This document shows positions 16,703 through 26,533 of a stretch of DNA of 64,000 nucleotides, piece by piece (within the stretch, counting starts at the first letter, position 1; each line of letters starts with the position of its first letter). The DNA is from Nitrososphaerota archaeon (GTDB lineage Archaea; Thermoproteota; Nitrososphaeria_A; Caldarchaeales; Caldarchaeaceae): positions 256,001 through 320,000 of the forward strand of contig JBEPYN010000001.1 of assembly GCA_041641305.1 (NCBI GenBank), given 5' to 3'. The position numbers and the translations under genes are program-made. Under the pieces are notes generated by a model. That model saw only the letters and a program-made list of their open reading frames with translations, made no database searches and was not told where the DNA came from.

Positions 16703-17929
16703 ATGGTTGTGAGCGTTGTTGATTTTCTGACTATCGATGATTTTGATGTTTCGGGGAAAACCGTTTTTGTGCGCGCCGACCTCAACACGCCTATAGACCC
16801 TGAAACCGGGCGTCTACTCGAGCTGCATCGTATAAAAGAGTCGTCGTTCACGGTTAGGCATTTGAATGGCGCTAGGATTGTTCTCGGCTCTCATCAGGGC
16901 AGAGTGGGTAGATATGATTATGTCTCGCTCAGCATGCATGCTGAGGCGCTTTCCGAGGTTTTGGGCAAGCCGGTGAAGTTTGTCGAAGATGTTTTCGGTG
17001 AAGCGTCGCGGGCCGCTATACGGAGCCTCAACCCCGGCGAAGTTCTTCTTCTCGAAAACCTACGGTTTGCCGCTGAAGAGAATTATGAGTATAGCCCGCA
17101 GGATGCTGCGAAGACGCACATCGTAAGGAAGCTTGCGCCGCTCTTTGACTTATGTGTGTTGGATGCCTTTCCCACCGCTCACCGAGCTCATCCATCCATC
17201 GTCGGATTTGCAGAGGTTTTGCCCACATGTGCAGGATATCTTGTGGCACGGGAGCTAAAATCGCTTAACCGCGTCATGATGACCTCCAAAGCACCCTACA
17301 CAGCTGTTCTCGGCGGCTCAAAGGTCTCAGACAGGCTTGAAGCAATAACAGCACTGATACAGAACGGCCGAGCAGACAATGTACTGTTAACAGGGTTGAT
17401 AGGTCTTGTTTTCCTTAGGGCAGCCGGTGTTTTGAAGAAGCCACTGCCATCTGAGATTGAAAAACATGTTCCAAAAGCTCAGTCTATTTTGTTAGAATAT
17501 CGTGGAAAGTTTAGCCTGCCCGAGGACGTGGCAGTTGAAAAAGACGGCGAACGTGTGGAGATACCTGTCTCAGAGATAGAGGACCCTGTGAACGTGCTTG
17601 ACATCGGCGAGCAAACAATAAGGAAATACTCTAGGATAATCAAAAGCTCTGGTACTATTTTCATCAGCGGTCCTCCGGGCATGTTTGAGAAGAAGGGCTT
17701 TGAGAAGGGTACTGATGAGCTTTTGCTGGCGACAGCCGGCTCCCTTGGTACATCGATAGTCAGTGGAGGGCATCTTTCCGCGGCTTTGGAGCGGCTTGGG
17801 GTAAAGGATTGGGTGGACCATGTCAGCACGGCAGGCGGGGCCTTGGTTATGTTTTTAGCTGGGCAGCGTCTCCCGCTCATAGAGGCTTTGACACGGAGCG
17901 CGAGAAAGTATAGAGGTGGTTCGGCGTGA
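16703..17929 (+). CDS. pgk: Phosphoglycerate kinase
   Basis: RADLNTP, SHQGR, LLENLRF, DAF..AHR, LGGSK, STAGGA. Confidence 0.97.
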   Translation: MVVSVVDFLTIDDFDVSGKTVFVRADLNTPIDPETGRLLELHRIKESSFTVRHLNGARIVLGSHQGRVGRYDYVSLSMHAEALSEVLGKPVKFVEDVFGEASRAAIRSLNPGEVLLLENLRFAAEENYEYSPQDAAKTHIVRKLAPLFDLCVLDAFPTAHRAHPSIVGFAEVLPTCAGYLVARELKSLNRVMMTSKAPYTAVLGGSKVSDRLEAITALIQNGRADNVLLTGLIGLVFLRAAGVLKKPLPSEIEKHVPKAQSILLEYRGKFSLPEDVAVEKDGERVEIPVSEIEDPVNVLDIGEQTIRKYSRIIKSSGTIFISGPPGMFEKKGFEKGTDELLLATAGSLGTSIVSGGHLSAALERLGVKDWVDHVSTAGGALVMFLAGQRLPLIEALTRSARKYRGGSA

Positions 17930-18936
17930 TAACTGTGGGGATAAACGGTTACGGAACCATCGGCCGAAGAGTTGCTGACGCGGTCATGAAGCAGAGTGAC
18001 ATGAAGCTTGTGGGAGTGGTGAAGAACACACCGGATTACAAGGCGCGTCTGGCGGCCTCAAGGAATATTCCGATATACTGTGTAGATGAGGCGGGTGTCT
18101 CCAAGTTCAGGAAGGCTGGGTTCGATGTTTCGGGTGTTTTGGACGACCTGCTTAAGGAGGTGGACGTGATTGTTGACTGCACCCCCGGCGACGTGGGTAA
18201 AAACTATCGTGAGAAATATCTCGGAGCGGGTGTGAAGGCGGTTTTTCAGGGTGGAGAGGATGCGGATGTGGCTGAGACGAGTTTTGTTGCTCAGTGCAAC
18301 TATGAGAAAGCGATTGGACGAAAAAGTGTTAGAGTTGTTTCCTGTAACACGACTGGCTTATGTAGGGTTTTGAATGCTTTCGACACCTCTTTTGGCGTGG
18401 AGAAGGCCCGTGTAGTTATAGCGAGAAGGGCTGTGGACCCCGAGGAAACATCTAAAGGTGTAATTGATGCAGTTGTTCTTGACCCTGTCGAGATACCTTC
18501 CCACCATGCTGAAGACGTAAACACGGTTCTTCCACATATCGACATCGTGACTATGGCGCTCAAAGTCCCCACAACACATATGCATCTCCACAGCCTAATC
18601 CTATCTCTCCGCCAAAAACCTACGAGGGAAAAAGTGTTGAACACTCTTGCCGAGACTACACGGGTTAAGCTTTTCTGGAAATCCGACGGCTTCAAAGGAA
18701 CCGCTAACCTGTACGAATACGGCCGCGAACTCGGCAGACCTCGTGGAGACCTATACGAAGCATGCATAATCGGAGACTCTGTAACCGTCAAGGATAACGA
18801 GGTCTTTCTCTACCTAGGTGTTCATCAAGAAGCGATAGTCGTTCCCGAAAACATAGACGCCATTAGGGCCCTAGCCGGAGAAGCGTCAGCCGAGCAGAGC
18901 ATAAAAACCACCAACCAGTCACTCGGAATAGTTTGA
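17926..18936 (+). CDS. gap: Glyceraldehyde-3-phosphate dehydrogenase (archaeal type II)
   Basis: INGYGTIGRRVA, VSCNTTGL, HQEAIVVPENIDAIRA. Confidence 0.97.
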   Translation: MITVGINGYGTIGRRVADAVMKQSDMKLVGVVKNTPDYKARLAASRNIPIYCVDEAGVSKFRKAGFDVSGVLDDLLKEVDVIVDCTPGDVGKNYREKYLGAGVKAVFQGGEDADVAETSFVAQCNYEKAIGRKSVRVVSCNTTGLCRVLNAFDTSFGVEKARVVIARRAVDPEETSKGVIDAVVLDPVEIPSHHAEDVNTVLPHIDIVTMALKVPTTHMHLHSLILSLRQKPTREKVLNTLAETTRVKLFWKSDGFKGTANLYEYGRELGRPRGDLYEACIIGDSVTVKDNEVFLYLGVHQEAIVVPENIDAIRALAGEASAEQSIKTTNQSLGIV

Positions 18937-19553
18937 AAGCGGTTTTCCTCGACATCGACGGCACACTCTACAGGAACAGCGACTATGAGCAGCATCTGTT
19001 AACCTCGGCGGTGTACGTGATAGCGGAATGCCTTGGATTGGACAGGGCGGAGGCTTTCAAAAAACTCTACGAGACAAAAAAGGTTTACAAAACCGTGAGC
19101 AAATCTGTAGAAGTTCTTGGAATAGACCGGCACAAATTCTACTCTCTGCTCGCGGAGAAGGTTCAGCCATGCAGATATCTCTCACCTGACCCATTGCTGA
19201 AGCAGTTCTTCGCCGCAGTGAAAGGCAGGAGGCTTTTCGTCGGGCTGCACACGAATTCGGGGAAAATGCTTGCGTTGAAGGTTCTCGACTGCTTGGGTGT
19301 TGATGATGGATGTTATGATGTTCTTGTAACGAGTGATGACGCGGAGCCTAAACCGAGTATCGAGGGGTTTCGTCTACTGTTGTCGATGGCTGATGTTTCT
19401 CCCGAGGATGCTCTATACGTTGGGGACAGGTGTGAGGTGGAGCTGGAGCCTGCGAAGAGGATTGGTATGAGGACCGCTGCCATACATATCAGCGGCTGCC
19501 CCTACGCAGACATCCACCTCAACAGCTTGCAAGACCTGCTACACATCATTTGA
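18933..19553 (+). CDS. HAD-IA family hydrolase
   Basis: DIDGTL, TNS, KPS, YVGD...EL. Confidence 0.88.
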   Translation: MKAVFLDIDGTLYRNSDYEQHLLTSAVYVIAECLGLDRAEAFKKLYETKKVYKTVSKSVEVLGIDRHKFYSLLAEKVQPCRYLSPDPLLKQFFAAVKGRRLFVGLHTNSGKMLALKVLDCLGVDDGCYDVLVTSDDAEPKPSIEGFRLLLSMADVSPEDALYVGDRCEVELEPAKRIGMRTAAIHISGCPYADIHLNSLQDLLHII

Positions 19554-20253
19554 TGCCGAGGTAAAGCTTCCCCAGCTCCTCGTGGGTAAGCAAAGCGTTG
19601 GCATCTCCCTGGTAGACGGTTTTCCCGCTCACTAGGAGGATGGCCTTGTCCCCTATCTCGAGAGCTTTTTTCGCGTTCTGTTCTGCGAGGAGAATCGTTT
19701 TCCCATAGCTGTCTCGGAGATCCTTTATTATGTTGAATATGGTGATGGCCATTTTTGGTGAGAGGTTCCCGGTCGGCTCGTCGAAGAGCATGATCTTGGG
19801 TTTTCTGAGAAGCGACATGGCTATGGCCAGCATCTGTCTCTCTCCCCCGCTCATCAAAGCAGCTTTCTTGTTGCGGTAGGTTCTCAGATGCGGAAACATC
19901 TCCATGACATCGTCTATAGCTGACTCATCGAGGTCTAGTCCATGTGTTGCGATTAGTAGGTTTTCGTAGACTGTTAGGTTGCTGAATATATTATCCACCT
20001 GTGGAACGTATGATATGCCGTGGTATGCGATTTCATGGGGCTGGAGACCCGTGATATCCACTCCGTTGAGCAGTATTTTGCCCGAGTAGATTTTTGTGAG
20101 TCCGAAAATTGTTTTGAGGAGTGTGCTTTTGCCGCTTCCGTTTGGGCCCACGACCACGGTGAGATGCTTCTCAGTCACCGTCACAGAAACGTCGAACAAT
20201 ACTTGAAGCTGTCTGTACCCGGCTCCGAGGCCCTCCGTCCGCAGCATCTTCAC
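19546..20253 (-). CDS. livF: Branched-chain amino acid-type ABC transporter ATPase
   Basis: GPNGSGKST, MSGGERQMLA, FDEP. Confidence 0.9.
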   Translation of the reverse strand: MKMLRTEGLGAGYRQLQVLFDVSVTVTEKHLTVVVGPNGSGKSTLLKTIFGLTKIYSGKILLNGVDITGLQPHEIAYHGISYVPQVDNIFSNLTVYENLLIATHGLDLDESAIDDVMEMFPHLRTYRNKKAALMSGGERQMLAIAMSLLRKPKIMLFDEPTGNLSPKMAITIFNIIKDLRDSYGKTILLAEQNAKKALEIGDKAILLVSGKTVYQGDANALLTHEELGKLYLGIK

Positions 20254-21011
20254 CCACCCAAGTAGCTCTCAACAACCATGCTGTTTGTCAAAACTTCCTG
20301 AGGCTCTCCCTCGGCGATGACTTTGCCCAAGTGCATGGCGTAGACGTGGTCCACGTACGGTATTGCTATGTCGAGCCTGTGTTCGACGATCAGAAGCGTT
20401 ATGCCGAGGCTTTTGCAGACGTTTCTTAGATGGGTGAAGACTTCATGTGCGAGCACTGGGTTGAGGCCGGCTGCGGGCTCATCCATCAGTATCATCTTGG
20501 CCCCGCTCATCAACGCTCTCCCTGTTTCGAGAAGCTTCATCTGGCCTCCGCTTAGCTCGCTTGCCCTGTGGTCCCAGAGATGGTCAAGCCTAAGCAGCCG
20601 CAGTATATCAAAAGCTTTCTGAGCCAGCTCCACCTCCGTATTTATCCAACGTGACCTGAGCAGCGCTGTCAGCAATCCATCTCCTTTCTTGCTCTTCGCT
20701 GAGACGAGAAGATTTTCAAGCACAGTCATGGAGTAGAAGGGCTGCGGTATCTGCCATGTTCGTACTAGGCCAAGTTTGTAGATGCTGTGCGGTTTTTGGC
20801 CTGTGATGTCTTTGCCTTCGAATACTATGCGGCCCGCCTCGGGTTTGTAGACACCTGTTACTGTGTTGATGAGGGTTGTTTTCCCGCTTCCGTTGGGCCC
20901 GATTAACAGAGAAATAGAGCCTTTCCTAACCTTTAGAGAAGCTCCGTTAAGAGCATACAGTCCCCCGAAGCTTTTGTAAACATCCCGCACATCCAAGATA
21001 ATATTTTCCAT
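20250..21011 (-). CDS. livG: Branched-chain amino acid-type ABC transporter ATPase
   Basis: FGGLYAL, GPNGSGKTT, DEPAAGL, VEH, YLG. Confidence 0.9.
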   Translation of the reverse strand: MENIILDVRDVYKSFGGLYALNGASLKVRKGSISLLIGPNGSGKTTLINTVTGVYKPEAGRIVFEGKDITGQKPHSIYKLGLVRTWQIPQPFYSMTVLENLLVSAKSKKGDGLLTALLRSRWINTEVELAQKAFDILRLLRLDHLWDHRASELSGGQMKLLETGRALMSGAKMILMDEPAAGLNPVLAHEVFTHLRNVCKSLGITLLIVEHRLDIAIPYVDHVYAMHLGKVIAEGEPQEVLTNSMVVESYLGG

Positions 21012-21044
21012 GACTAAAAAAGGTGTGGGAAATATATAAGAGGT

Positions 21045-22376
21045 TTATGGGGTGAAGCCCTCGGCCCACTCGAAGTTTCCTGTCGTGTAGACGTACCGTC
21101 CGGCCTCAACCCATCTCGGCTGTCCTCCGACGGTTTTGACGACCCATAGTATGTAGTCGGAGTATGGGAGGTCTCCGGCGTCGTCGAGTTTGAGGCTGAG
21201 GAACTCAGAAGCGATTGTGGGCAAAACCGCTCTCACGGCCTCTGCGTCATATTTCTGGGTAGCCATAAGCGCTAATGCGTAAGCCCACACAGCGCTGTAT
21301 GCCGCGTAGGAGTAGGCGTCGGGCGGTGATCTGCCGAGAACTCGGAGAACCTCTGCGTCGACGCGGGCCTTTCTATCGGGAGTGGTTGCGAAGAAAAGCG
21401 GGTTAATCCACTTCACCTCTTCGGCGAAGCCTGCGGCGGCCGGGTCCTGGAAAATGGCTGCAGTCACAGCGGTTCCGTCGCTTCCAAACCATCTGATACG
21501 CTTAAGGTTCGGGTAGTCGTTGGCGGCTGAGAGGAATGCGACAACCTCGTCAAAGCCGACGATTTCGACCATGATTTTCTCGGGTGATACTCCCTGGCCG
21601 ATGAGTTCTGTTACCTTGGCGTTGAGCTGAGAGACCTCGGCCGAGAACTCGGTTTTGTCAGGAGCGTATCTGAGCTCGAAGACAAGGTTTAGTCCGAGTT
21701 TGTTTGCCTCATTTGTGGAAACTGTGTGCAAGCCATCCCCCCATGCATCACCTCTCCACACATAGAGGAAGTGTGTGACACCAAGTAGCTTGGCAAGCCT
21801 CGGCCCTATTGGGCCCTGTATGTCGTCTGCTGTCGTGAACCTGAAGACAAAGTCGTTGGGTATCTTGAGGTCAGGAGCTGTGGAGGACTGAGAGATTATC
21901 AAGATTTTGTTTGCGTCAACGTAGCTCTTTATCTGCCTAATCTCCGCGGATGTCATGGGGCCAACAATTAGCTTAACGCCTCTGGCGTTGAGGCTTCTAA
22001 CCTTTTCCTCCGCGTTTGCTGGGTTGCAGGCCGTGTCTTCATGAATCAGACGAATTCTGAACCCTGCGCCTGATCTCTGGAGGAAATCATTAACCTCTCT
22101 GGCGGCGAGGTCCATCGCGACACGCTCGTTCTCAGCATAGGAAGAGAGTACAGCGCTTAGACAAAGCAAAGTACCGATGGTGACCTCGCCTGTTAAACCC
22201 GCAGCAGCCGTAACAGTCGCGGTGGTGGCCACTGTTCTGGTCAGGGTAATGGTCTGGGCTGGTGATAATACTGGTCCGAGACCGATGCCGCCTATCAACA
22301 GACCGACAACAAGTGCAACAACAGCAGCGGCGCCTGCCACAGAAGACGAAACCCCGGCTGAGCTTTTCCTCTTCAT
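21045..22376 (-). CDS. ABC transporter substrate-binding protein (LivK/PBP1 type)
   Basis: N-terminal membrane anchor, Thr-rich linker, EDT..NP, IVGPMTS, SSTAP.L, FVFR. Confidence 0.88.
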   Translation of the reverse strand: MKRKSSAGVSSSVAGAAAVVALVVGLLIGGIGLGPVLSPAQTITLTRTVATTATVTAAAGLTGEVTIGTLLCLSAVLSSYAENERVAMDLAAREVNDFLQRSGAGFRIRLIHEDTACNPANAEEKVRSLNARGVKLIVGPMTSAEIRQIKSYVDANKILIISQSSTAPDLKIPNDFVFRFTTADDIQGPIGPRLAKLLGVTHFLYVWRGDAWGDGLHTVSTNEANKLGLNLVFELRYAPDKTEFSAEVSQLNAKVTELIGQGVSPEKIMVEIVGFDEVVAFLSAANDYPNLKRIRWFGSDGTAVTAAIFQDPAAAGFAEEVKWINPLFFATTPDRKARVDAEVLRVLGRSPPDAYSYAAYSAVWAYALALMATQKYDAEAVRAVLPTIASEFLSLKLDDAGDLPYSDYILWVVKTVGGQPRWVEAGRYVYTTGNFEWAEGFTP

Positions 22377-22481
22377 GAGCTTTACGGTGAGGCTAGGCCT
22401 TTATAAACGTTTTCAAAAATCCGTAATTAGACACTTTGCTATAAAAATTATTTTAACAGGGCTTTAGGAAAGAATGAGTAA

Positions 22482-23420
22482 ATGGTGTTCCTCGACCCTG
22501 TCATCAGGGATGCCGTCATTTTCGCCAGTATGCTCAGCCTCTTAACTCTTGGACTCACGCTTAATTATCTCACAACTAAGGTTCCGAACTTTAGCCACGG
22601 TAGCTTTGCGTCGATAGGTATGATGACTATGTTGACGATGACTGAGGCGTTTAAACAGCCCGCCTATCTTTCCCTTGTTCCCGCGTTTATCCTCGGAGGA
22701 GCCGCTGCCATCTCCCTCTACATGCTTGTGCTGAGGCCCCTGATTTCACGCGACGCCGGCCTCGTTTCGCAGATGATTGCGACAATAGCGTTTGAGCTCA
22801 TACTGATTGCGGTGCTCAACATCTATGCTGACTACTTTACCCAGACCTTCAAGGTGCAGAGCAGAGGTTTTCTTATAAGGAGAAACGATGTAAGGATTTT
22901 CGGCGAACCCGGTGTATTCATAATAGCTCCCACAATTGCAGTGTCCACAGTTATTCTGCTTTATCTTCTACTAAATAGGACAAGGTTCGGCATAGGGCTC
23001 CGCGCAGCCATAGAGAACCCGTCACTCGCGGGAACACTTGGCATCAACGTCAAGCGAGCTTATTCCTTCTCATGGTTCCTCGCCGGCGGCTTGGGCGGAG
23101 TAGCCGGCTCGCTGCTGGCTCTCTGGTTTCAGGGAAGCCCCAACTACGGCAGCGAATTGCTCATCAGCATTTTCGCGGCTGCCATAGTGGGCGGGCTGCA
23201 AAACATCTACGGCGCCGTTGCCGGGGGTTATCTGCTAGGGTTTGTTGAGATACTTGGGACGCGTCAACTGGGTTTAACCCTTGGGCCATGGATAACGGTT
23301 TATAGGCCGCTGATTCCGATCACCGCGATGGCGATAACGCTTCTCTTTCTTCCACAGGGTCTGGTCTCACTCCGTATACGCAGAGTCCTTAAACAACCTG
23401 TGGGAGGTGGGGCGGAGTGA
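22482..23420 (+). CDS. livH: Branched-chain amino acid-type ABC transporter permease
   Basis: PNFSHG, TRFG..LRA..EN, IVGGL. Confidence 0.88.
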   Translation: MVFLDPVIRDAVIFASMLSLLTLGLTLNYLTTKVPNFSHGSFASIGMMTMLTMTEAFKQPAYLSLVPAFILGGAAAISLYMLVLRPLISRDAGLVSQMIATIAFELILIAVLNIYADYFTQTFKVQSRGFLIRRNDVRIFGEPGVFIIAPTIAVSTVILLYLLLNRTRFGIGLRAAIENPSLAGTLGINVKRAYSFSWFLAGGLGGVAGSLLALWFQGSPNYGSELLISIFAAAIVGGLQNIYGAVAGGYLLGFVEILGTRQLGLTLGPWITVYRPLIPITAMAITLLFLPQGLVSLRIRRVLKQPVGGGAE

Positions 23421-24544
23421 TAGACCAGCAGCTTATCATCTTCTTGTTGAACGTTCTCTCCTACGTGGCTATCTACTTGATGGTTAACGTCAGCCTCAAT
23501 TTCGAGTATGGGTTCACTGGGATACCCAACTTCGGAAAAGTGCTCGCAGTGGCGGGTGGAGCCTTTGTGGTGGGCGCTGTTCCGGGACGTATATTGGCGG
23601 GTCAGCTCAACCTCTACGGGGGTTTCAGAGCTGTGCAGGATAACCCTGTGCTGGCGGAGTGTCTCAGCACACTTGTACAGGTAAAGCCTAAGCTCATGGA
23701 GAGTATAGACTACATCGAGGACAATGCCGTGGTAATAGACTGTGTTAGACGGGTTCTCGGAAACGACCCCATGCTCTCGATAACCTTGTTGGTTGCCACG
23801 GTTGGGTTGGCGGCCATTGTAGGGGCGGGACTCGGCTTCATAGCGTCCTATCCAAGCATCAGGCTTAGGGAGGATTATCTCGCGATGACGCTGCTGGCGA
23901 TGGGTGAGTTTCTCCGACAGGTGGGTTATCTTGACAGGACCCTGGTTGGAGGTACACTGGGTGTGGCTGTCCCCGACCCATATGGCTGGCTTGGCGACCT
24001 GCGTCCCTATGCCTCAACCTTCATCATGCTCACCGTGGCGGTGCTTTTCTTCCTCTATGTGCGGGCCGTCACCTATTCTCCGGCCGGCCGCGTGCTAAGG
24101 GCTGTTCGAGACAATGAGATATCCGCCGAGGTTCTCGGCATAGATGTTGTACGGGTTAAGCAGAAGATTCTGGTCGTCTCGTCTATGATGGCGGCAGTCG
24201 CGGGCGCTCTCTGGGCCTTCAACTCGGTCGCCGTCATAGCAAACAACTATGACCGCTTCACATGGACTTTCTGGCCGTGGGTTATGGTGATTATCGGCGG
24301 CGCGGGAAACAACAGGGGAGTACTGCTTGGAACACTTGTCTTCGTAATTCTACGCCAAGCCATACTCACATACAACTACTTGCTCGAGCCGTTTATACCG
24401 TTCAGCATTGTCTGGCTGGATAGGCTGCTCTTCGGCATCGCGTTGATAATCGTTTTAATCATCAGGCCTCAGGGAATTGTTCCCGAGAAGCCGACGCCTG
24501 CCATCAGCTTCGATAAGATAAGGAAGATGGTTCAGAAAAGTTGA
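23417..24544 (+). CDS. livM: Branched-chain amino acid-type ABC transporter permease
   Basis: GIPNFG, RLREDYLA.TLL, GRVLRAVRDNE, RPQG. Confidence 0.88.
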   Translation: MIDQQLIIFLLNVLSYVAIYLMVNVSLNFEYGFTGIPNFGKVLAVAGGAFVVGAVPGRILAGQLNLYGGFRAVQDNPVLAECLSTLVQVKPKLMESIDYIEDNAVVIDCVRRVLGNDPMLSITLLVATVGLAAIVGAGLGFIASYPSIRLREDYLAMTLLAMGEFLRQVGYLDRTLVGGTLGVAVPDPYGWLGDLRPYASTFIMLTVAVLFFLYVRAVTYSPAGRVLRAVRDNEISAEVLGIDVVRVKQKILVVSSMMAAVAGALWAFNSVAVIANNYDRFTWTFWPWVMVIIGGAGNNRGVLLGTLVFVILRQAILTYNYLLEPFIPFSIVWLDRLLFGIALIIVLIIRPQGIVPEKPTPAISFDKIRKMVQKS

Positions 24545-25056
24545 GCGGAAAAAGAGACGATGAGACTTTTTTGCCTGGCAGGGGCGAGGTTAGGAAAAGC
24601 CATCCACTGTTGGAGGCTCTGGGAGCGGTTGACGAGTTGTCCGCATTCGTCGGCGTAGCCCGTTCGCTTACAGAGGACGAGGAGCTGAGAAAGGCTCTAA
24701 AAACTGTTCAAGAAGCGTTATTCAACATCGGGTCATATCTTGCGGTTCCAAATCGCCCCCTCGACCGAGTCAGGCTCTGCATGGAGGAGCTAAAGACTTT
24801 TGAGAAATTGATGGAAAGCAGGCTCCCTGCTTTGACGCGGTTTATCTATCCCGGTGGAGCAGAGGCGGCGGCATTCATGAATGTTTGTAGAGCAGTGGCT
24901 CGCAGGGCTGAGAGAACAATTGTCAAGCTAAGCGAAACTATGGAGGTAGACCCACTCACAATCTCTTTTCTCAATTTTTTATCGAAGTTTTTCTTTACAG
25001 CGGCACGTTACATAAACCATTTGTCCGGAGTTGCTGATGAGGAGTGGTTTAGCTAG
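24541..25056 (+). CDS. ATP:cob(I)alamin adenosyltransferase (PduO type)
   Basis: D..T..., K....EALGAVDEL, FIYPGG, RAVARRAER, FLN.LS.FFF..AR. Confidence 0.9.
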   Translation: MSGKRDDETFLPGRGEVRKSHPLLEALGAVDELSAFVGVARSLTEDEELRKALKTVQEALFNIGSYLAVPNRPLDRVRLCMEELKTFEKLMESRLPALTRFIYPGGAEAAAFMNVCRAVARRAERTIVKLSETMEVDPLTISFLNFLSKFFFTAARYINHLSGVADEEWFS

Positions 25057-25745
25057 GTTTTCTGCTTCTTAACCGTCTTGGTCAAGAGGGTTGCCAGAAT
25101 TTCGAAGGATAGGAGAAGTGGAGTGGGTTTGAGAAACTTTGCCGCAGACGTGTTATAGGAAGCGTTTATCGATGTCTTGCGCATCTCGCTTTCGTCTCCG
25201 AACCAAACCTGTATCAGCAGCCTGACCTTGGGTAGAAAAGTGAAGGAATAGGCTGTTCCACCCAGTTTCTCCCTTTTGCCCCCGAGCATCCGCGAAGCAT
25301 CTTCGAACAACTGTCCCTGGTTACCAAAGGTTTTCAAAAGCGGGTTGAGCACATTTTTCTGGTAATAGGAGAGATAAGCCGATGTCTTGAGGACTGTGTC
25401 GAGAGGCTGCCAAACGTCCTGCCCACCACCCCCCTCACCCAGCAAATACTCCAATATCACGTAGCTGAGTTTTTCGCCCGCATCTTTTCCTGTCATCAAG
25501 TCGACCACCTTACCCTCGTCAAGCTCAACCGTGAAAGTTTTGTTCAACACATTGACTATGTATCGGCTTGGCTTGTCTCCCCCGCCCCTAAGAAAAACCA
25601 CATCACATTTCTTCATGACAGCGCTGTGGTTCACAGACCTCAGCCTCTGAAAATCACTTGCAACCCACTCCGCAAAAGTCGACTGCGAAGCACCGAACAA
25701 AACCTCATCCCCAGGCAACAAACCACCTCCCAAAATCACAAACAC
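25053..25745 (-). CDS. Hypothetical protein, DUF3786-like
   Basis: VILEYLL, LGG....., F..LPKVRL....W.GDE. Confidence 0.6.
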   Translation of the reverse strand: MFVILGGGLLPGDEVLFGASQSTFAEWVASDFQRLRSVNHSAVMKKCDVVFLRGGGDKPSRYIVNVLNKTFTVELDEGKVVDLMTGKDAGEKLSYVILEYLLGEGGGGQDVWQPLDTVLKTSAYLSYYQKNVLNPLLKTFGNQGQLFEDASRMLGGKREKLGGTAYSFTFLPKVRLLIQVWFGDESEMRKTSINASYNTSAAKFLKPTPLLLSFEILATLLTKTVKKQKT

Positions 25746-25782
25746 ATGTAAACATGTTCACATAGCAACCGCATAAATGATG

Positions 25783-25826
25783 GAAAAAAAGGTGGTATAA
25801 AAAAATAGGGGGAGGGGTGGGGGAGT
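25783..25826 (-). terminator. Pyrimidine/oligo-T tract downstream of archaellin
   Basis: After the stop codon: C-rich run, then two T7 tracts on the minus strand, typical of archaeal terminators. Confidence 0.5.
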
Positions 25827-26405
25827 TTAAGTCAGGTCCATGACAGGGTCGAAAGACGGCGGAAGCCTTCTCTCAACCTTGAGCAACGAACCCTGTGGCG
25901 GCTTGATCTCTACGCTGAAGATGTCGTTGGGTGCGAGGCTGGCTCCAGAAATGCTCGATACATTGATTTTGACCGCGAAGACTTCACAGTATTCGAGGAC
26001 GGTGTCGCCGTCACCCGTTACCTGATAAACAGTTGTTATGGTTGAGTTGTTGGGGTAGATGTTCTCCCTGAAGATGGCCTTGTCTCTATATGTGATGACA
26101 AGCTTGCCCGGCCGTACGTCGACCTCGCCCTTACCCACCGACGACTTGATGTAGATAACGACCTCGGTGATGCTTCCGTTAGAGCTCTTTGCCACAACTG
26201 CTCCAGCCGTCTCTATCGACGACAGAGTCTCCTCGAGACCGGCCTGCATAACCTCGCCCGTCTTCTGCGTCGTGAAAAGTCCGAGGTTCAGGACGGCGAA
26301 GCTGAAGGCGCTGGCCACGATGACGAAGGCTATCAGTATTATGGCCGTCTCTAGGCCCGTCAGACCTTTGTTCTGTTTTTTCATTCTTTTTGTTTGGTTT
26401 TTCAT
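25827..26405 (-). CDS. flaB: Archaellin
   Basis: Class III signal KG|LTGLETAIILIAFVIVAS; DGDTVLE..E; EIKPPQG. Confidence 0.95.
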   Translation of the reverse strand: MKNQTKRMKKQNKGLTGLETAIILIAFVIVASAFSFAVLNLGLFTTQKTGEVMQAGLEETLSSIETAGAVVAKSSNGSITEVVIYIKSSVGKGEVDVRPGKLVITYRDKAIFRENIYPNNSTITTVYQVTGDGDTVLEYCEVFAVKINVSSISGASLAPNDIFSVEIKPPQGSLLKVERRLPPSFDPVMDLT

Positions 26406-26533
26406 TTCTGCAACTGATAGGCTACATTGGTGTTTTTTAAATTTTTTTAGAATTTTTTTGGACGAATGTATGATTTTTGTCTTATTCTAGTAAAGCTTAT
26501 TTTTTAAGATACCCCAATCCAGGCGAATGAAAC

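Noticed and set aside
25808-25822. G-quadruplex candidate GGGGGAGGGGTGGGG
   Set aside because: Only three G-runs; better explained as the pyrimidine-rich archaellin terminator on the other strand
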